DNA of 64,000 nucleotides from Abditibacteriaceae bacterium (GTDB taxonomy: Bacteria > Armatimonadota > Abditibacteriia > Abditibacteriales > Abditibacteriaceae), in the NCBI GenBank assembly GCA_031425655.1, contig JANPJS010000045.1:1-64000 (forward strand), in the 5' to 3' direction. The number at the start of each line of letters is the position of its first letter. Position 1 is the stretch's first letter. Below the pieces are notes generated by a model that searched no databases, was not told the DNA's origin, and saw only the letters and a list, made by a program, of their open reading frames with translations. A program made the translations under genes and the position numbers. Shown here piece by piece: positions 1 to 9,374 of this stretch.

Positions 1-101
1 CTCCTGTGGCTCTCCGAGTGGCTCCTATGGCTCTCCGAGTGGCTCCTATGGCTCTCCGAGTGGCTCCTATGGCTCTCCGAGTGGCTCCTATGGCTCTCCG
101 A
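1..101. repeat. 21-bp tandem repeat (CTCCTATGGCTCTCCGAGTGG), about 4.8 copies, truncated by window edge
   Basis: Units at 1-21, 22-42, 43-63, 64-84 and a partial unit at 85-101. Confidence 0.95.
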
Positions 102-105
102 ATGA

Positions 106-155
106 CTTCGGCCTCACTCAGACTCTTCGTGAGAGGAGTCTGAGCGAGGTCGAAG
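106..155. terminator. Long hairpin, probable terminator or REP downstream of the DUF11 gene
   Basis: CTTCGGCCTCACTCAGACTCTTC-gtga-GAGGAGTCTGAGCGAGGTCGAAG, 11 bp from the stop of the minus-strand gene. Confidence 0.6.
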
Positions 156-166
156 GCAACTTCGCC

Positions 167-2767
167 TTAGCCGTTGATACGCACGCCGAAGGTAATGACG
201 GCGGATTCGCCGGGTTGCAGGCTGCCGACGTTGAAACGCAGCGAACCGGCGCTGCCCGCAGCAGGCGTCGAGCCGTTGACGCCGGTCGCGGTTACGAACG
301 CGCCGCCGTTGGCCACGAAACCGGCCACGCCAGTCGCAGTCGAGGTGGCGTCACCGGCGTTGTAGACGGTGAATGTCGGCGTCGCGTCGTTGATGATCAC
401 GTTGGTGACCGGCGCGCCGCCCGTGTTGGTGACCACGATGCGATAGCGCACGATGCCGCCGGGCTGCGTGCTCTGGTTGGTCTGGGTGAAGGCTCCCGCC
501 GGCAAAGGCCCGGCGCCGTCGGGGTCAACCGACTGGAATTTGTCCACTTTCAAATCGCCCGAAACGACGGTTGTCGTATCAGTCGCGGTGTCGGTGGAAG
601 TGCCGTCGGTGCCGGTGACGGTCGTCACGTTGACGGTGCCCTGCGAAGCTCCGGCGGGCGCGAACACACGCACGAAGATCGGCAGACTGGCGCCCGCAGC
701 AAGTGTCGGGATAGTGGTTAAAGGCGTCGCGGCTTCGGCGGGATCGAGGATGCCGTTGTTGTTGGTATCCACATAAATCACGCTGGTGAAGCCGGGCGCA
801 GAGTTGGTCGAGGTCACCGCGACGTTGTTCAACGGATTGTTGCCCGTGTTGGTGATGGTGTGCTGATAAGTGATGGCACTGCCCTGAAAGACTTGTCCGG
901 TGTTGTTCGGCTCGATGCTGATGCCGTTGACCGGATTCACGGTGACAGCGTCGTGAATGATGTCGGCGGCGCCCGTCGTCGGCGAGATGGCGCGGAAGAA
1001 CAAGTCCACGTCAGCCGGCGACGCGTTGGCCGGGATGAAGATGAAAGCCGTCAGGTTGGCGACGGCGCCCGGCGCAAGCGTGCCGGTGTTGGTAACAACC
1101 GCGCCTGTCGAGTCGCGGAAAGTGACCGTAAACCCGGTGGGCAGAGCGGTTGCGGGCGTGAATCCCGCCGTGCCTGACACTTGCAAATTGAAGTTGTCGG
1201 GCGTGGGGCCGGTGTTGGTGACGTTGACCGGAATGGTCACAGTCGCGCCGGGATTGCCGGTGACGGTCGTGACCGGCGCGGCTTCGGGGCCGGCTCCGGC
1301 GCCTGCGCCCGCCGCGTTGGTGATGTCCACGCTGGCGGGAGTGACTGCGGTCAGGGTGTCCGTCGCCGGGTCGCTGACAGCGGGGTTGTTGCGCGAGGTG
1401 GCCAACTTGTCAATGCTGAACGGCCCGCCGGTCGCGGCGCCCGGCAGCGTGACTTTCAAGACGACGGTGTAGGTTCCGCCCGGCGCGACAGGGCCGGTGT
1501 CGGGAATGCCGTTGTTGGTCGAATCGAGCAAGGGCGTCTCGCCGTCGCTTTGGTAGAGCTTGTAAGACGAGCCTGCCGGGAAGGTCGAAGCGCCGGTATT
1601 GAGCGTGATGTCGAAGGTGTCGGTGCCGTTGCCGGTGTTGGTGAGCACGTTCGAGAAGCTGACCACGCCGCCCTGCGGCACGCTGGCGACGGTCGCGCCG
1701 GTGAAGGTCACGCCGGCGTTTTGCACAACCGTAAAGATGACGGTGTTCGAGGTGCCGGTGCGGTTGGGCGTGCCGGCGTTGCCGTCGTCGTCGTAGCTGA
1801 GGCTGGCGGTGTTGGCAATCGTGCCCGGCGCCACGCCGGAATCCACGTTCACCTGAAACGTCACGCGGCCCGTAACGCCCGGAGCGACCGAAGCGATGGT
1901 TGCCGTGACCGTTCCGCCGATGGACGAGTAGGTGATGCCTGCGGGGTCGCCGCCTGCCGGATCGGTGAGAGGAGTCACGCCCGAAACGCTCCAGCGTCCC
2001 GAAGCGGCGACGTAGGTCATGCCGGCGGGAATCACGTCGGTCAGGGTCACGCCGGTGGCCGTGGCGTTGCCCGTGTTGGTGTATTGCAGCGTGAAAGTGC
2101 GCGGCCCGGACGGTGAAGCGCCTTGTCCCACGTCAATGCTTTTCACCACGTTGATGATGGCGTTGGTGGAAACCGTAACCGTATCGGTATTGGTGTCGGT
2201 CACGGCGCTGTCGAAACCGCTGGTCGCGGTGACGAGGATGCTGGCGCTCTGCCCCGAAAGTGATGTCGGAGGAATGACGCCGCCAACCACGAACTTGAAG
2301 CTCGCGCCCGGAGCCAAAGGCCCGGTGGTTGTAATCGGCGTGTTGTTGTCGGGCACGCCGTTGCCGTCGGCATCGGCGTAAATCACCGGCACGATGTTGA
2401 AGTTGTCGCCGCCGTTGTCGGTCGCGGTCAGGCTGATGGTGTCGGTGCCGTTGCCGTTGTTGATGACGGTGTGCGGGAAGTAAATCGGGCTGCCCGGCGC
2501 AGCGAGTTTGCTGTTGTCGGCGGTCAGATCAAGTGCGGCGATCTGTTGCACCGTGGTTTGCACCGTGTTGGAAGTCGCGGTGCGCGTGACGTTCGAGCCG
2601 TCGGTATAGCTGGCCGTGGCCTGGTTGCCGATCACGGCGTTGGCCGGCGGCGTGGTTTGCGCCCACGCGGCGCGCCCGCCCAGACCCAAGACGAATGCCG
2701 CTACTAAAATTAACAGCAGCGGCATGAGTTTTAGACCGGCGGGACGTGTGTAACTTCGTTGCTTCAT
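167..2767 (-). CDS. Secreted multi-Ig/DUF11 (conserved repeat domain) surface protein
   Basis: Start MKQRSY after a GAGGAG RBS; signal peptide ending AWA; repeated 'TNTGN..D' Ig-like units; DUF11 motifs 'VVKS...FTLQYTNTG...LTDVIPAGMTYV'. Confidence 0.85.
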   Translation of the reverse strand: MKQRSYTRPAGLKLMPLLLILVAAFVLGLGGRAAWAQTTPPANAVIGNQATASYTDGSNVTRTATSNTVQTTVQQIAALDLTADNSKLAAPGSPIYFPHTVINNGNGTDTISLTATDNGGDNFNIVPVIYADADGNGVPDNNTPITTTGPLAPGASFKFVVGGVIPPTSLSGQSASILVTATSGFDSAVTDTNTDTVTVSTNAIINVVKSIDVGQGASPSGPRTFTLQYTNTGNATATGVTLTDVIPAGMTYVAASGRWSVSGVTPLTDPAGGDPAGITYSSIGGTVTATIASVAPGVTGRVTFQVNVDSGVAPGTIANTASLSYDDDGNAGTPNRTGTSNTVIFTVVQNAGVTFTGATVASVPQGGVVSFSNVLTNTGNGTDTFDITLNTGASTFPAGSSYKLYQSDGETPLLDSTNNGIPDTGPVAPGGTYTVVLKVTLPGAATGGPFSIDKLATSRNNPAVSDPATDTLTAVTPASVDITNAAGAGAGAGPEAAPVTTVTGNPGATVTIPVNVTNTGPTPDNFNLQVSGTAGFTPATALPTGFTVTFRDSTGAVVTNTGTLAPGAVANLTAFIFIPANASPADVDLFFRAISPTTGAADIIHDAVTVNPVNGISIEPNNTGQVFQGSAITYQHTITNTGNNPLNNVAVTSTNSAPGFTSVIYVDTNNNGILDPAEAATPLTTIPTLAAGASLPIFVRVFAPAGASQGTVNVTTVTGTDGTSTDTATDTTTVVSGDLKVDKFQSVDPDGAGPLPAGAFTQTNQSTQPGGIVRYRIVVTNTGGAPVTNVIINDATPTFTVYNAGDATSTATGVAGFVANGGAFVTATGVNGSTPAAGSAGSLRFNVGSLQPGESAVITFGVRING

Positions 2768-2878
2768 TAAATGCTCCTCAAACAAAATATTTACGGCGGA
2801 AATGGATAAGTGCAAAACAGAATTGATGTCCTCTAAGCCTCGCACCGACGCCTTGAGCGCGGTCGGGCCGGAAAAGGC

Positions 2879-3451
2879 TTAACGGGCACCTCCCTTTACG
2901 ACCTCGCCGGTGGCGCCGGCAGCTGTCGCGTTTTTCAGTGGGCCAATCACGCGGGCGCGGGCACTGACCGCGACGGATTTACCGGCGCCTAAGTCGCCTA
3001 CGTTCCAGCGCACGAAACGATATTCAGCGGCGGGCACGAACGCCACGTTGGTGCCGCCATCGGGAGTTTTGGTGAAGCGCTTCAACGGCGGCGCCGCGAA
3101 GTTTTTGCCGTCGGTGCTGACCAGAGCGCCGGTGGGCGCAGAGGTGCCGTTCAACAATTCCAGCGAAGCCGGAATCGGCAGCGTCGCCATCAGATTTCGC
3201 ACCATTTGGGCGCTGGTGTTGGCATAACGCGCCTGATATTCGATGATTTCGCCCGGCTTCATCTTCTCGGCGCTCTGCAACGCTTCTTTTTCGCCCTGCG
3301 CGACCACTTTATAAGCGGTCAGCTTCACTTCGACGGGGCCGCGCGAAGCGTCCGGCGCGGCTTGCAAGAGCGGCAAAGCCAGGCTGCCGGCGGCAAAAAT
3401 GCCTCCGAGGGCCAATTGTGTCATGCGGCGGGTTGTGTTCTGCATCTTCAT
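2879..3451 (-). CDS. Small secreted single DUF11-like domain protein
   Basis: Signal peptide; 'KPGEIIEYQARYANT...LPIP...VRWNVGDLGAG' DUF11-like pattern; co-oriented upstream of the large DUF11 gene. Confidence 0.7.
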   Translation of the reverse strand: MKMQNTTRRMTQLALGGIFAAGSLALPLLQAAPDASRGPVEVKLTAYKVVAQGEKEALQSAEKMKPGEIIEYQARYANTSAQMVRNLMATLPIPASLELLNGTSAPTGALVSTDGKNFAAPPLKRFTKTPDGGTNVAFVPAAEYRFVRWNVGDLGAGKSVAVSARARVIGPLKNATAAGATGEVVKGGAR

Positions 3452-3552
3452 TCCTAATCGAATCCTTTACGAGGCTGATAATAGGATAACCAGTTTTTCG
3501 GCAAAATAAACTACTGGCATTGAATTTGCCGTAAGAAAAGTGTTTCTTTTTG

Positions 3553-3588
3553 CAAAAAAAGCACACAGATAAATCATCTGTGTGCTTT
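3553..3588 (-). terminator. Rho-independent terminator of the dGTPase gene
   Basis: AAAGCACACAGAT-aaatc-ATCTGTGTGCTTT hairpin with an A-run (U-tract on minus strand). Confidence 0.75.
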
Positions 3589-3604
3589 CGACTTTTGTCA
3601 GAGA

Positions 3605-4822
3605 TTAAACGCCGCGCCAGCTTGAAGGCAGAAACAAGCGCGTATAAATGAGCGAAGCATAGCGGTCGGTCATGCCGGCGACGTAATCGCAGACTACGCG
3701 CGCTAATTCTTCGCGCGTAAGATTGGCGAAAAGCGCGTCGTCAGACGAAGCGCGGGCGGCGGATTCGTTGGTGGCCAAAGCGCCGTAAGTGCGGCGCATC
3801 AAATGCGGATGCTCCATGAAACACGCGAACAGCGCGTCTATAATAGTGGCTACGCGCGGCGTTTCGTCCACGCTGTCCAGCTTGTAAACGTGGTCGAACA
3901 TCCAGTTTTTCAAGGCATCGGTGGCTTCCATCACGTCGTCGCGCATGGCGATGCGGTCGCGCACGGCGCGTGTGTTTTGGTCGCTGCTGGCTTCGATAAT
4001 TGCCGTCACCATTTTGGTGATACGCTCCGAATGGCGTTTTCCCAGCACTTTGATGGCGCTTTTCGGCAAGTCGCTTTGCTTGATCAGTCCGGCGCGAATG
4101 GCATCGTCTACGTCGTGATTGACATAAGCCACGCGGTCGCAAATACGGATAATTTGGCCTTCCAGCGTGGACGGTTTGCCTTTTTGCAGCCATTTATCCA
4201 AGCCTTCGCCTGCCAACAGGTCGCTTTTGCCCTTCGAGTGGTGCAAAATGCCGTCGCGCACTTCCCACGTTAAGTTTAAGCCTTGCCCGTCGCGTTCGAG
4301 CTTGTCCACTATACGCAGCGAATGCTCGTAATGACGAAAGCGCGCCTCTGGGTCGAACCTGCGATATGCGGTGTCCAATGCTTCTTCGCCGACATGTCCG
4401 AACGGCGCATGGCCCAAATCGTGGCCCATGCCGATGGCTTCGGTCAGGTCTTCGTTTAAACACAGCGCCCGCGCGACGGTGCGCGAAATCTGTGTCACTT
4501 CCAAGGTGTGCGTGAGGCGCGTGCGATAGTGATCTTGCTCCGGCGACACGAAAACCTGCGTTTTGTGCTTGAGACGGCGAAATGCTTTGGTGTGAATAAT
4601 CCGGTCGCGGTCGCGTTGAAACTCGGTGCGAAACGGGTCTTTGCCTTCGCTGCGTTCGCGACCCTTCGAGTGTCCTGATTTCGCGGCGCGCACATCTAAC
4701 CACGCTTCCTCGCGCGCTTCGAGCCTTTCTCGAATCGAAGCTAAGCCCGGTGCTGCGCCGTTGAAAGAGGTTTTCGCGGTCACTTTCGCTGCTGGTTTCA
4801 CTTTTTCCGTAGCGGCTTTCAT
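3605..4822 (-). CDS. dgt: Deoxyguanosinetriphosphate triphosphohydrolase (HD family)
   Basis: 'FQRDRDRIIH..AFRRLKHKTQVF', 'RTRLTHTLEV', 'HDLGHAPFGH.GE', 'DYVAGMTDRYA'; start placed at MKAATE. Confidence 0.93.
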   Translation of the reverse strand: MKAATEKVKPAAKVTAKTSFNGAAPGLASIRERLEAREEAWLDVRAAKSGHSKGRERSEGKDPFRTEFQRDRDRIIHTKAFRRLKHKTQVFVSPEQDHYRTRLTHTLEVTQISRTVARALCLNEDLTEAIGMGHDLGHAPFGHVGEEALDTAYRRFDPEARFRHYEHSLRIVDKLERDGQGLNLTWEVRDGILHHSKGKSDLLAGEGLDKWLQKGKPSTLEGQIIRICDRVAYVNHDVDDAIRAGLIKQSDLPKSAIKVLGKRHSERITKMVTAIIEASSDQNTRAVRDRIAMRDDVMEATDALKNWMFDHVYKLDSVDETPRVATIIDALFACFMEHPHLMRRTYGALATNESAARASSDDALFANLTREELARVVCDYVAGMTDRYASLIYTRLFLPSSWRGV

Positions 4823-4969
4823 AACTTGCCAGTATGCCACAGCCGCTTGGCGGCAAAGACAGTTATTAGCGGCCATAAACCGTGCGTTGAAGCAATTTAA
4901 CACAGGCTTCACTTGGATTTAAATTGTCACGATCAAACTTCCGTTTAGTTTTAGGTTGGAGGTTTTCGT

Positions 4970-5824
4970 ATGAAGCATTTACCAGTCGCGCACCGCGCAT
5001 CCACACGCCGAGCTTTTACGCTCATCGAGCTTTTGGTCGTCATAGCCATAATCGCACTGCTCGCTGCGATTTTGTTCCCGGTTTTCGCACGAGCGCGCGA
5101 AAACGCCCGCAAATCGAGTTGTTCCAACAATTTGAAGCAAATTGGCCTCGGATTGATGCAATATCAGCAGGACTTTGATGGATATTATCCGGGTTCTGAA
5201 CAAGTCATTGATGCGAATCCGACAAGACGTATGTCCTGGCCTTCCATCATGCTGCCCTACATCAAAAATGGGCAGGTTTTTGTGTGTCCGTCGGGCGAAA
5301 AATCTGCTTTCGCGCCAAATCCGCTCTATATTCCATCTCCAGGCACGCGACGCTATTGCGGCGTAACAGATAGCACAGCAACGCCCAACAGTTTTGGCAC
5401 GGGTGGCGACGGCACGGCACTGGGTTTTGAAAAGGTGTATCAGTTGTCGTATGGGCGCAATCTGATTCCAACGGGCGGCTGGGTTGGCACTACTTGGCCG
5501 ACAGGAACTATCCACAATGGTTTCGTAACGACAGGCACAACTTTGTCGGTCAACGAAGCGGAAGTCGAAGATTCAGCCGGCACTATCCATATTATGGACG
5601 CTTGGACGGGCACTGATCCGGCGACCAACAATCCCTGCGCTCTTGGTAACTCGATTCGCGGCATTCAGGCGGAAGATCGCACAGATCGCCTACCAACTGC
5701 AACGGCTTCCAAAGTCGCGGCTCGACACTTCGATGGCTTTAATGCGATGTTTGGCGATGGTCACATCAAGTTCTTGCGATGGAGCACCACCAAAGCTGGC
5801 GATTGGTCAATTCAGAAGGATTAA
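4970..5824 (+). CDS. DUF1559 prepilin-type N-methylation / H-X9-DG domain protein
   Basis: '[43 protein letters not shown]' and C-terminal '[16 protein letters not shown]'. Confidence 0.93.
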   Translation: MKHLPVAHRASTRRAFTLIELLVVIAIIALLAAILFPVFARARENARKSSCSNNLKQIGLGLMQYQQDFDGYYPGSEQVIDANPTRRMSWPSIMLPYIKNGQVFVCPSGEKSAFAPNPLYIPSPGTRRYCGVTDSTATPNSFGTGGDGTALGFEKVYQLSYGRNLIPTGGWVGTTWPTGTIHNGFVTTGTTLSVNEAEVEDSAGTIHIMDAWTGTDPATNNPCALGNSIRGIQAEDRTDRLPTATASKVAARHFDGFNAMFGDGHIKFLRWSTTKAGDWSIQKD

Positions 5825-5916
5825 CGGGCCGGGCCGTTTCGATTCGACGCCGGAAAGACGCCGCGATGTCCAAACATCAACGTCTTTCCGGCGTTTTCGT
5901 GTTTGGGCGATTTTCC

Positions 5917-7596
5917 ATGACTAAAATTCACATTTTCTTAGGCTACGCAGCCGTTTTGATGCTCGGCGCTTCGGCGCAGGCGGCAACACCGATTGGCGCG
6001 GTGCAGGGCGCGATTGAAAAATCGCCGCTCGCCGGGCAAAGCGTGACGATTCAGGGCGTCGTTACGGGCGATTTTCAAGCGGAAAACCAGCTCAACGGCT
6101 TTTTCGTGCAAGACGGCGGCGACAACGATCCGCGCACTTCGGACGGGCTTTTCGTATATACATCGCCGCGCCGCGCCAATAAAGTGGAAGTGCGTCCCGG
6201 CGATGTGGTTAGCGTGACGGGTCGCGTCGAAGAATTCAGCGGCATGACGCAAATTGGCACGACTACGCAAATCGTGGTGCAAAATAACGGCGCTGTTCCG
6301 ATGCCGCTGCCGTTAACCCTGCCTCTACCGCCGGATGTGGACGCTGAACGCTACGAAGGAATGCTGGTGACGATTCCGCAAACGCTGACTATCACCGGCA
6401 ATTACGATCTGCAACGCTATGGCACGCTGACTTTATCGGCGAACGGGCGCCTTATTGTGCCCGGCAACGTCGGCGGCGATGCCGCGCAGGAAATGGCGAT
6501 GACGCAGGCCAACGCGCGGCGCACTCTGCTGCTCGACGACGGCAACGCCAAGCAAAATCCGCAGCCAAAACCTTATCTCAACGCCGCCGGCACACGTCGC
6601 GCGGGCGACACCATTCAGGGCTTGACGGGAATTTTCAGCTTTGGCTGGGGCGCTTATCGTCTCCAGCCGACCATCGCGCCGCGTTTTATAGAAACGAATC
6701 CGCGCCCGGCTGCTCCGCCGCAAATCGGCGGCGATTTGCGCGTGATGTCCTTCAATTTGCGCAATTATTTCACGACGATGAAGCGCAGCAGCAATCAAGC
6801 GCGCGGCGCTTCATCGCCCGCCGAATTTGCGCGCCAAACGGCTAAACTGCTGGCAACCGTGCGCGCTGCTGACCCGGATTTATTAGCGGCTATCGAAGTC
6901 GAAAACAACGGCGATGTGACGGTTCTCGATTTTCTATCGAAGCTGAACGCGGTCAGCAACAACGCTTATGCGGCGGTTTTACAACCAAAAACCGGAATGG
7001 GCAAAGATGAAATCCGCGTGGCGATTTTTTACAAGCCGGCGAAATTGACGCCGCGCGGCGCTTCGCGCAGCGATGTCAGCGCCATTTTTAATCGCCCGCC
7101 GCTCGCGCAGACGTTTGCCACGAAAAACGGCGTGGTTTTCACGACGATTGTCAATCATTTCAAGTCGAAGGGCAGTTGTCCCGATGCAGGCGACGTAGAT
7201 AAAGGCGAAGGCTGCTGGAACGTGCTTCGCACCGCGCAATCCATGCAGCTTCTCAAATTTATCGAGCAGTTGCGGCAGGAAGCCAATTCGCCCGACATTT
7301 TAGCCATCGGCGATTTTAACGCCAACACCAATGAAGCGCCGCTGCGTGTTTTGCGCGGCGGCGGCCTGATTCAAGCCGGAGGAACGGCGCCCGAACGCTA
7401 TTCTTTCGTTTTCGGCGGGCAGGCGGGCGCTCTTGACCACGCCTTCGTCACGCCGACGTTTGCGCCGTTGATAACCGAAGTCGCCGAATGGCACATCAAC
7501 GCCGATGAGCCGTTGTTAGCCGAAGACGTGCCCGGTTTTTATCGCTCGTCGGATCACGACCCGCTGCTTTTAGGCCTTAAACTTACGCCGAATTAA
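5917..7596 (+). CDS. ExeM/NucH family extracellular endonuclease
   Basis: Signal peptide; OB-fold 'GVVTGDFQ...GFFVQD...TSDGLFVY'; EEP domain 'NHFKSKG', 'GDFNA', 'SSDHDP'. Confidence 0.9.
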   Translation: MTKIHIFLGYAAVLMLGASAQAATPIGAVQGAIEKSPLAGQSVTIQGVVTGDFQAENQLNGFFVQDGGDNDPRTSDGLFVYTSPRRANKVEVRPGDVVSVTGRVEEFSGMTQIGTTTQIVVQNNGAVPMPLPLTLPLPPDVDAERYEGMLVTIPQTLTITGNYDLQRYGTLTLSANGRLIVPGNVGGDAAQEMAMTQANARRTLLLDDGNAKQNPQPKPYLNAAGTRRAGDTIQGLTGIFSFGWGAYRLQPTIAPRFIETNPRPAAPPQIGGDLRVMSFNLRNYFTTMKRSSNQARGASSPAEFARQTAKLLATVRAADPDLLAAIEVENNGDVTVLDFLSKLNAVSNNAYAAVLQPKTGMGKDEIRVAIFYKPAKLTPRGASRSDVSAIFNRPPLAQTFATKNGVVFTTIVNHFKSKGSCPDAGDVDKGEGCWNVLRTAQSMQLLKFIEQLRQEANSPDILAIGDFNANTNEAPLRVLRGGGLIQAGGTAPERYSFVFGGQAGALDHAFVTPTFAPLITEVAEWHINADEPLLAEDVPGFYRSSDHDPLLLGLKLTPN

Positions 7597-7601
7597 TGAT
7601 C

Positions 7602-7912
7602 AAACACAAAGGCGCAAAAACACAAAGAAATTCACCTTACGCAGTGGGGTGTGATAAGCGAAAAGAGTGGCTTCGCCACTCCATAAAACCCCACCTGCCC
7701 AGAGGGCGCCCGCCCTTGGTAAGGGGGCGAAAGAATAACTTGGCAGAAGAAGGACCGCGTTATTCTTCCTCCCAAGCGTAAGAACATAGCCCCCTTACCA
7801 AGGGGGTTGGGGGTTTTATGGAGTGGCGAAGCCACTCTTCACACCGCTTACTATAAGTCCACCGAGTAACATGAGAAAGAAATTCTCTTTGTGTCTTTGC
7901 GCCTTTGTGTTT
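7602..7912. mobile_element. Nested inverted-repeat element (three layers of IRs), MITE/REPIN-like
   Basis: Outer AAACACAAAGGCGCAAAAACACAAAG / CTTTGTGTCTTTGCGCCTTTGTGTTT; middle TTACGCAGTGG / CCACCGAGTAA; inner AAGAGTGGCTTCGCCACTCCATAAAACCCC...CCCTTGGTAAGGGGGC and its inverse. Confidence 0.8.
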
Positions 7913-7940
7913 AATTGAATCTCGACCTCAAATCTCCGCC

Positions 7941-8852
7941 ATGAAACGTTTGATATTGCTGCTCTTTTTGCTGACGTTGCCGGCGCACGCGTGGTGGCCC
8001 GCCGGCCACAGTTTGGTGACTTCCGCCGCTGTGCGTGCTTTGCCCAAAAGCGACAAAAACGGTATGGAAGCCGGCAACGCCATGCCGCATTTTTTCCGCG
8101 CCGGCTGGAAAACCATCGCGCACTGCGCGCAAGACCCAGACGTATTCAAAAACCGCGATGCGCCGCACCTCAGCGACCGCGAAGCGCCGGAGCATTATAT
8201 TGATTGGGAATTGTTGGGCGGGCGCGCTTTGCCCGAAAAGCGCTCGTTTTTCGTGGCGTTGTGCGCGCGGGAAAAGCTCGACCCTGAAAATATCGGCTAT
8301 TTGCCTTACGCCGTCGTGGAAAACACCGAACGCCTGATGGTGGCTTTCGCCGAGCATCGCAAATGGCCGCAAGACAAAAGTATTCAGACGAAAATTCTGA
8401 TTTACGCGGGCAATTTAGCGCATTACGCGGGCGATTTGCAGATGCCCCTGCACACGACGATTGACCACGATGGCCGCGCCAAAGCCAACGGCGCCTCGCC
8501 GCGCACCGGCATCCACGCGCGACTGGATTCGTTGATCGAAAAGTTAGTGGAGAAAAAGCGTCTCAGCGCGAAGTCAATGGCGAAAAACCAGCAAATCTCG
8601 CCGCTCAGCGGCCCGCTTTTCCCGGCAGTTCTCGAAGAAATCGCGCGCAGCCGTTCTCACATTGACAAGGCTTATGCGCTGGAAGAACTGCTGCCACCCG
8701 CCAAAGCCGATCAAAAATGGACGCCCGACGCGAAAATCGTCGCCTTTGGCACCGAGCGCGGCATTGCATCTTCGCATTTCATCGCGGAGCTTTATCTGAC
8801 CGCGTGGCGCCGCTCAGCGGATGTGAAGTTGCCGGAATGGTTAGTGCGCTAA
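7941..8852 (+). CDS. S1/P1 nuclease / Zn-dependent phospholipase C-like secreted protein
   Basis: Signal peptide then 'WWPAGH', 'DPD', 'HYID', 'HYAGDLQMPLH', 'GIHARLD'. Confidence 0.8.
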   Translation: MKRLILLLFLLTLPAHAWWPAGHSLVTSAAVRALPKSDKNGMEAGNAMPHFFRAGWKTIAHCAQDPDVFKNRDAPHLSDREAPEHYIDWELLGGRALPEKRSFFVALCAREKLDPENIGYLPYAVVENTERLMVAFAEHRKWPQDKSIQTKILIYAGNLAHYAGDLQMPLHTTIDHDGRAKANGASPRTGIHARLDSLIEKLVEKKRLSAKSMAKNQQISPLSGPLFPAVLEEIARSRSHIDKAYALEELLPPAKADQKWTPDAKIVAFGTERGIASSHFIAELYLTAWRRSADVKLPEWLVR

Positions 8853-8861
8853 AGCGTGCAA

Positions 8862-9299
8862 TTAGTCTTCGTCGCGCTTTGGCCCCAGCGTGCCCGCCAG
8901 ATAAAGCCCGACTAAATAAAGCACGATTTGCATCAGCACGCCCCAACGTTCGTCGAGCGGCCATGTGGCGTGCTGCACCATATTGTTGTGCGTCGGGAAG
9001 AACTTGTCGTCCATCGCCTCGAAACGGCGCGGGTCTTTGCGAAGTTCGGCGGGAATATGCTCGAAATCGGGGCAAATCGCGCCCAAAGCGCCCCAGAACT
9101 GCGGCGAATTCCAGCCGTGTTGCTGGGCGATGCGCGCCATCGTGGCGAAAACAATCGGTGTTTCCGCCGGCCCCATATCGTGATGCGGCACAATATCGCC
9201 CACGAAGTGCGAACCGACACCCAACACGAACGACAGCGGCTTATTTTTAACAAAACGCCCGATGGCCGCGCCCAACGCGGCATGAACAGAACCAGTCAT
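8862..9299 (-). CDS. Small membrane protein, putative metal-dependent hydrolase
   Basis: 'VHAALG', 'SHFVGDIVPH', 'PDFEH' His/Asp motifs plus hydrophobic segments. Confidence 0.55.
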   Translation of the reverse strand: MTGSVHAALGAAIGRFVKNKPLSFVLGVGSHFVGDIVPHHDMGPAETPIVFATMARIAQQHGWNSPQFWGALGAICPDFEHIPAELRKDPRRFEAMDDKFFPTHNNMVQHATWPLDERWGVLMQIVLYLVGLYLAGTLGPKRDED

Positions 9300-9301
9300 A
9301 A

Positions 9302-9374
9302 GAGTTTTGAGTTTTGAGTTTTGAGTTTTGAGTCGAGTCGTTAACTCACAATTCAAAACTTAAAACTCAAAACT
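9302..9374. repeat. Heptamer tandem repeats in inverted arrangement
   Basis: (GAGTTTT)x4 followed by degenerate (AAAACTC)x3-4. Confidence 0.85.

Noticed and set aside
1..101. Possible CRISPR array
   Set aside because: Units are contiguous with no unique spacers, and there are no cas genes
3452..3604. c-di-GMP riboswitch upstream of the DUF11 operon
   Set aside because: A GGCAAA...TTGCC pairing exists but the GNRA loop and second stem of the GEMM motif are not evident
5779..5916. N-terminal extension of the ExeM ORF
   Set aside because: Overlaps the upstream gene and a hairpin; the signal peptide starts at 5917
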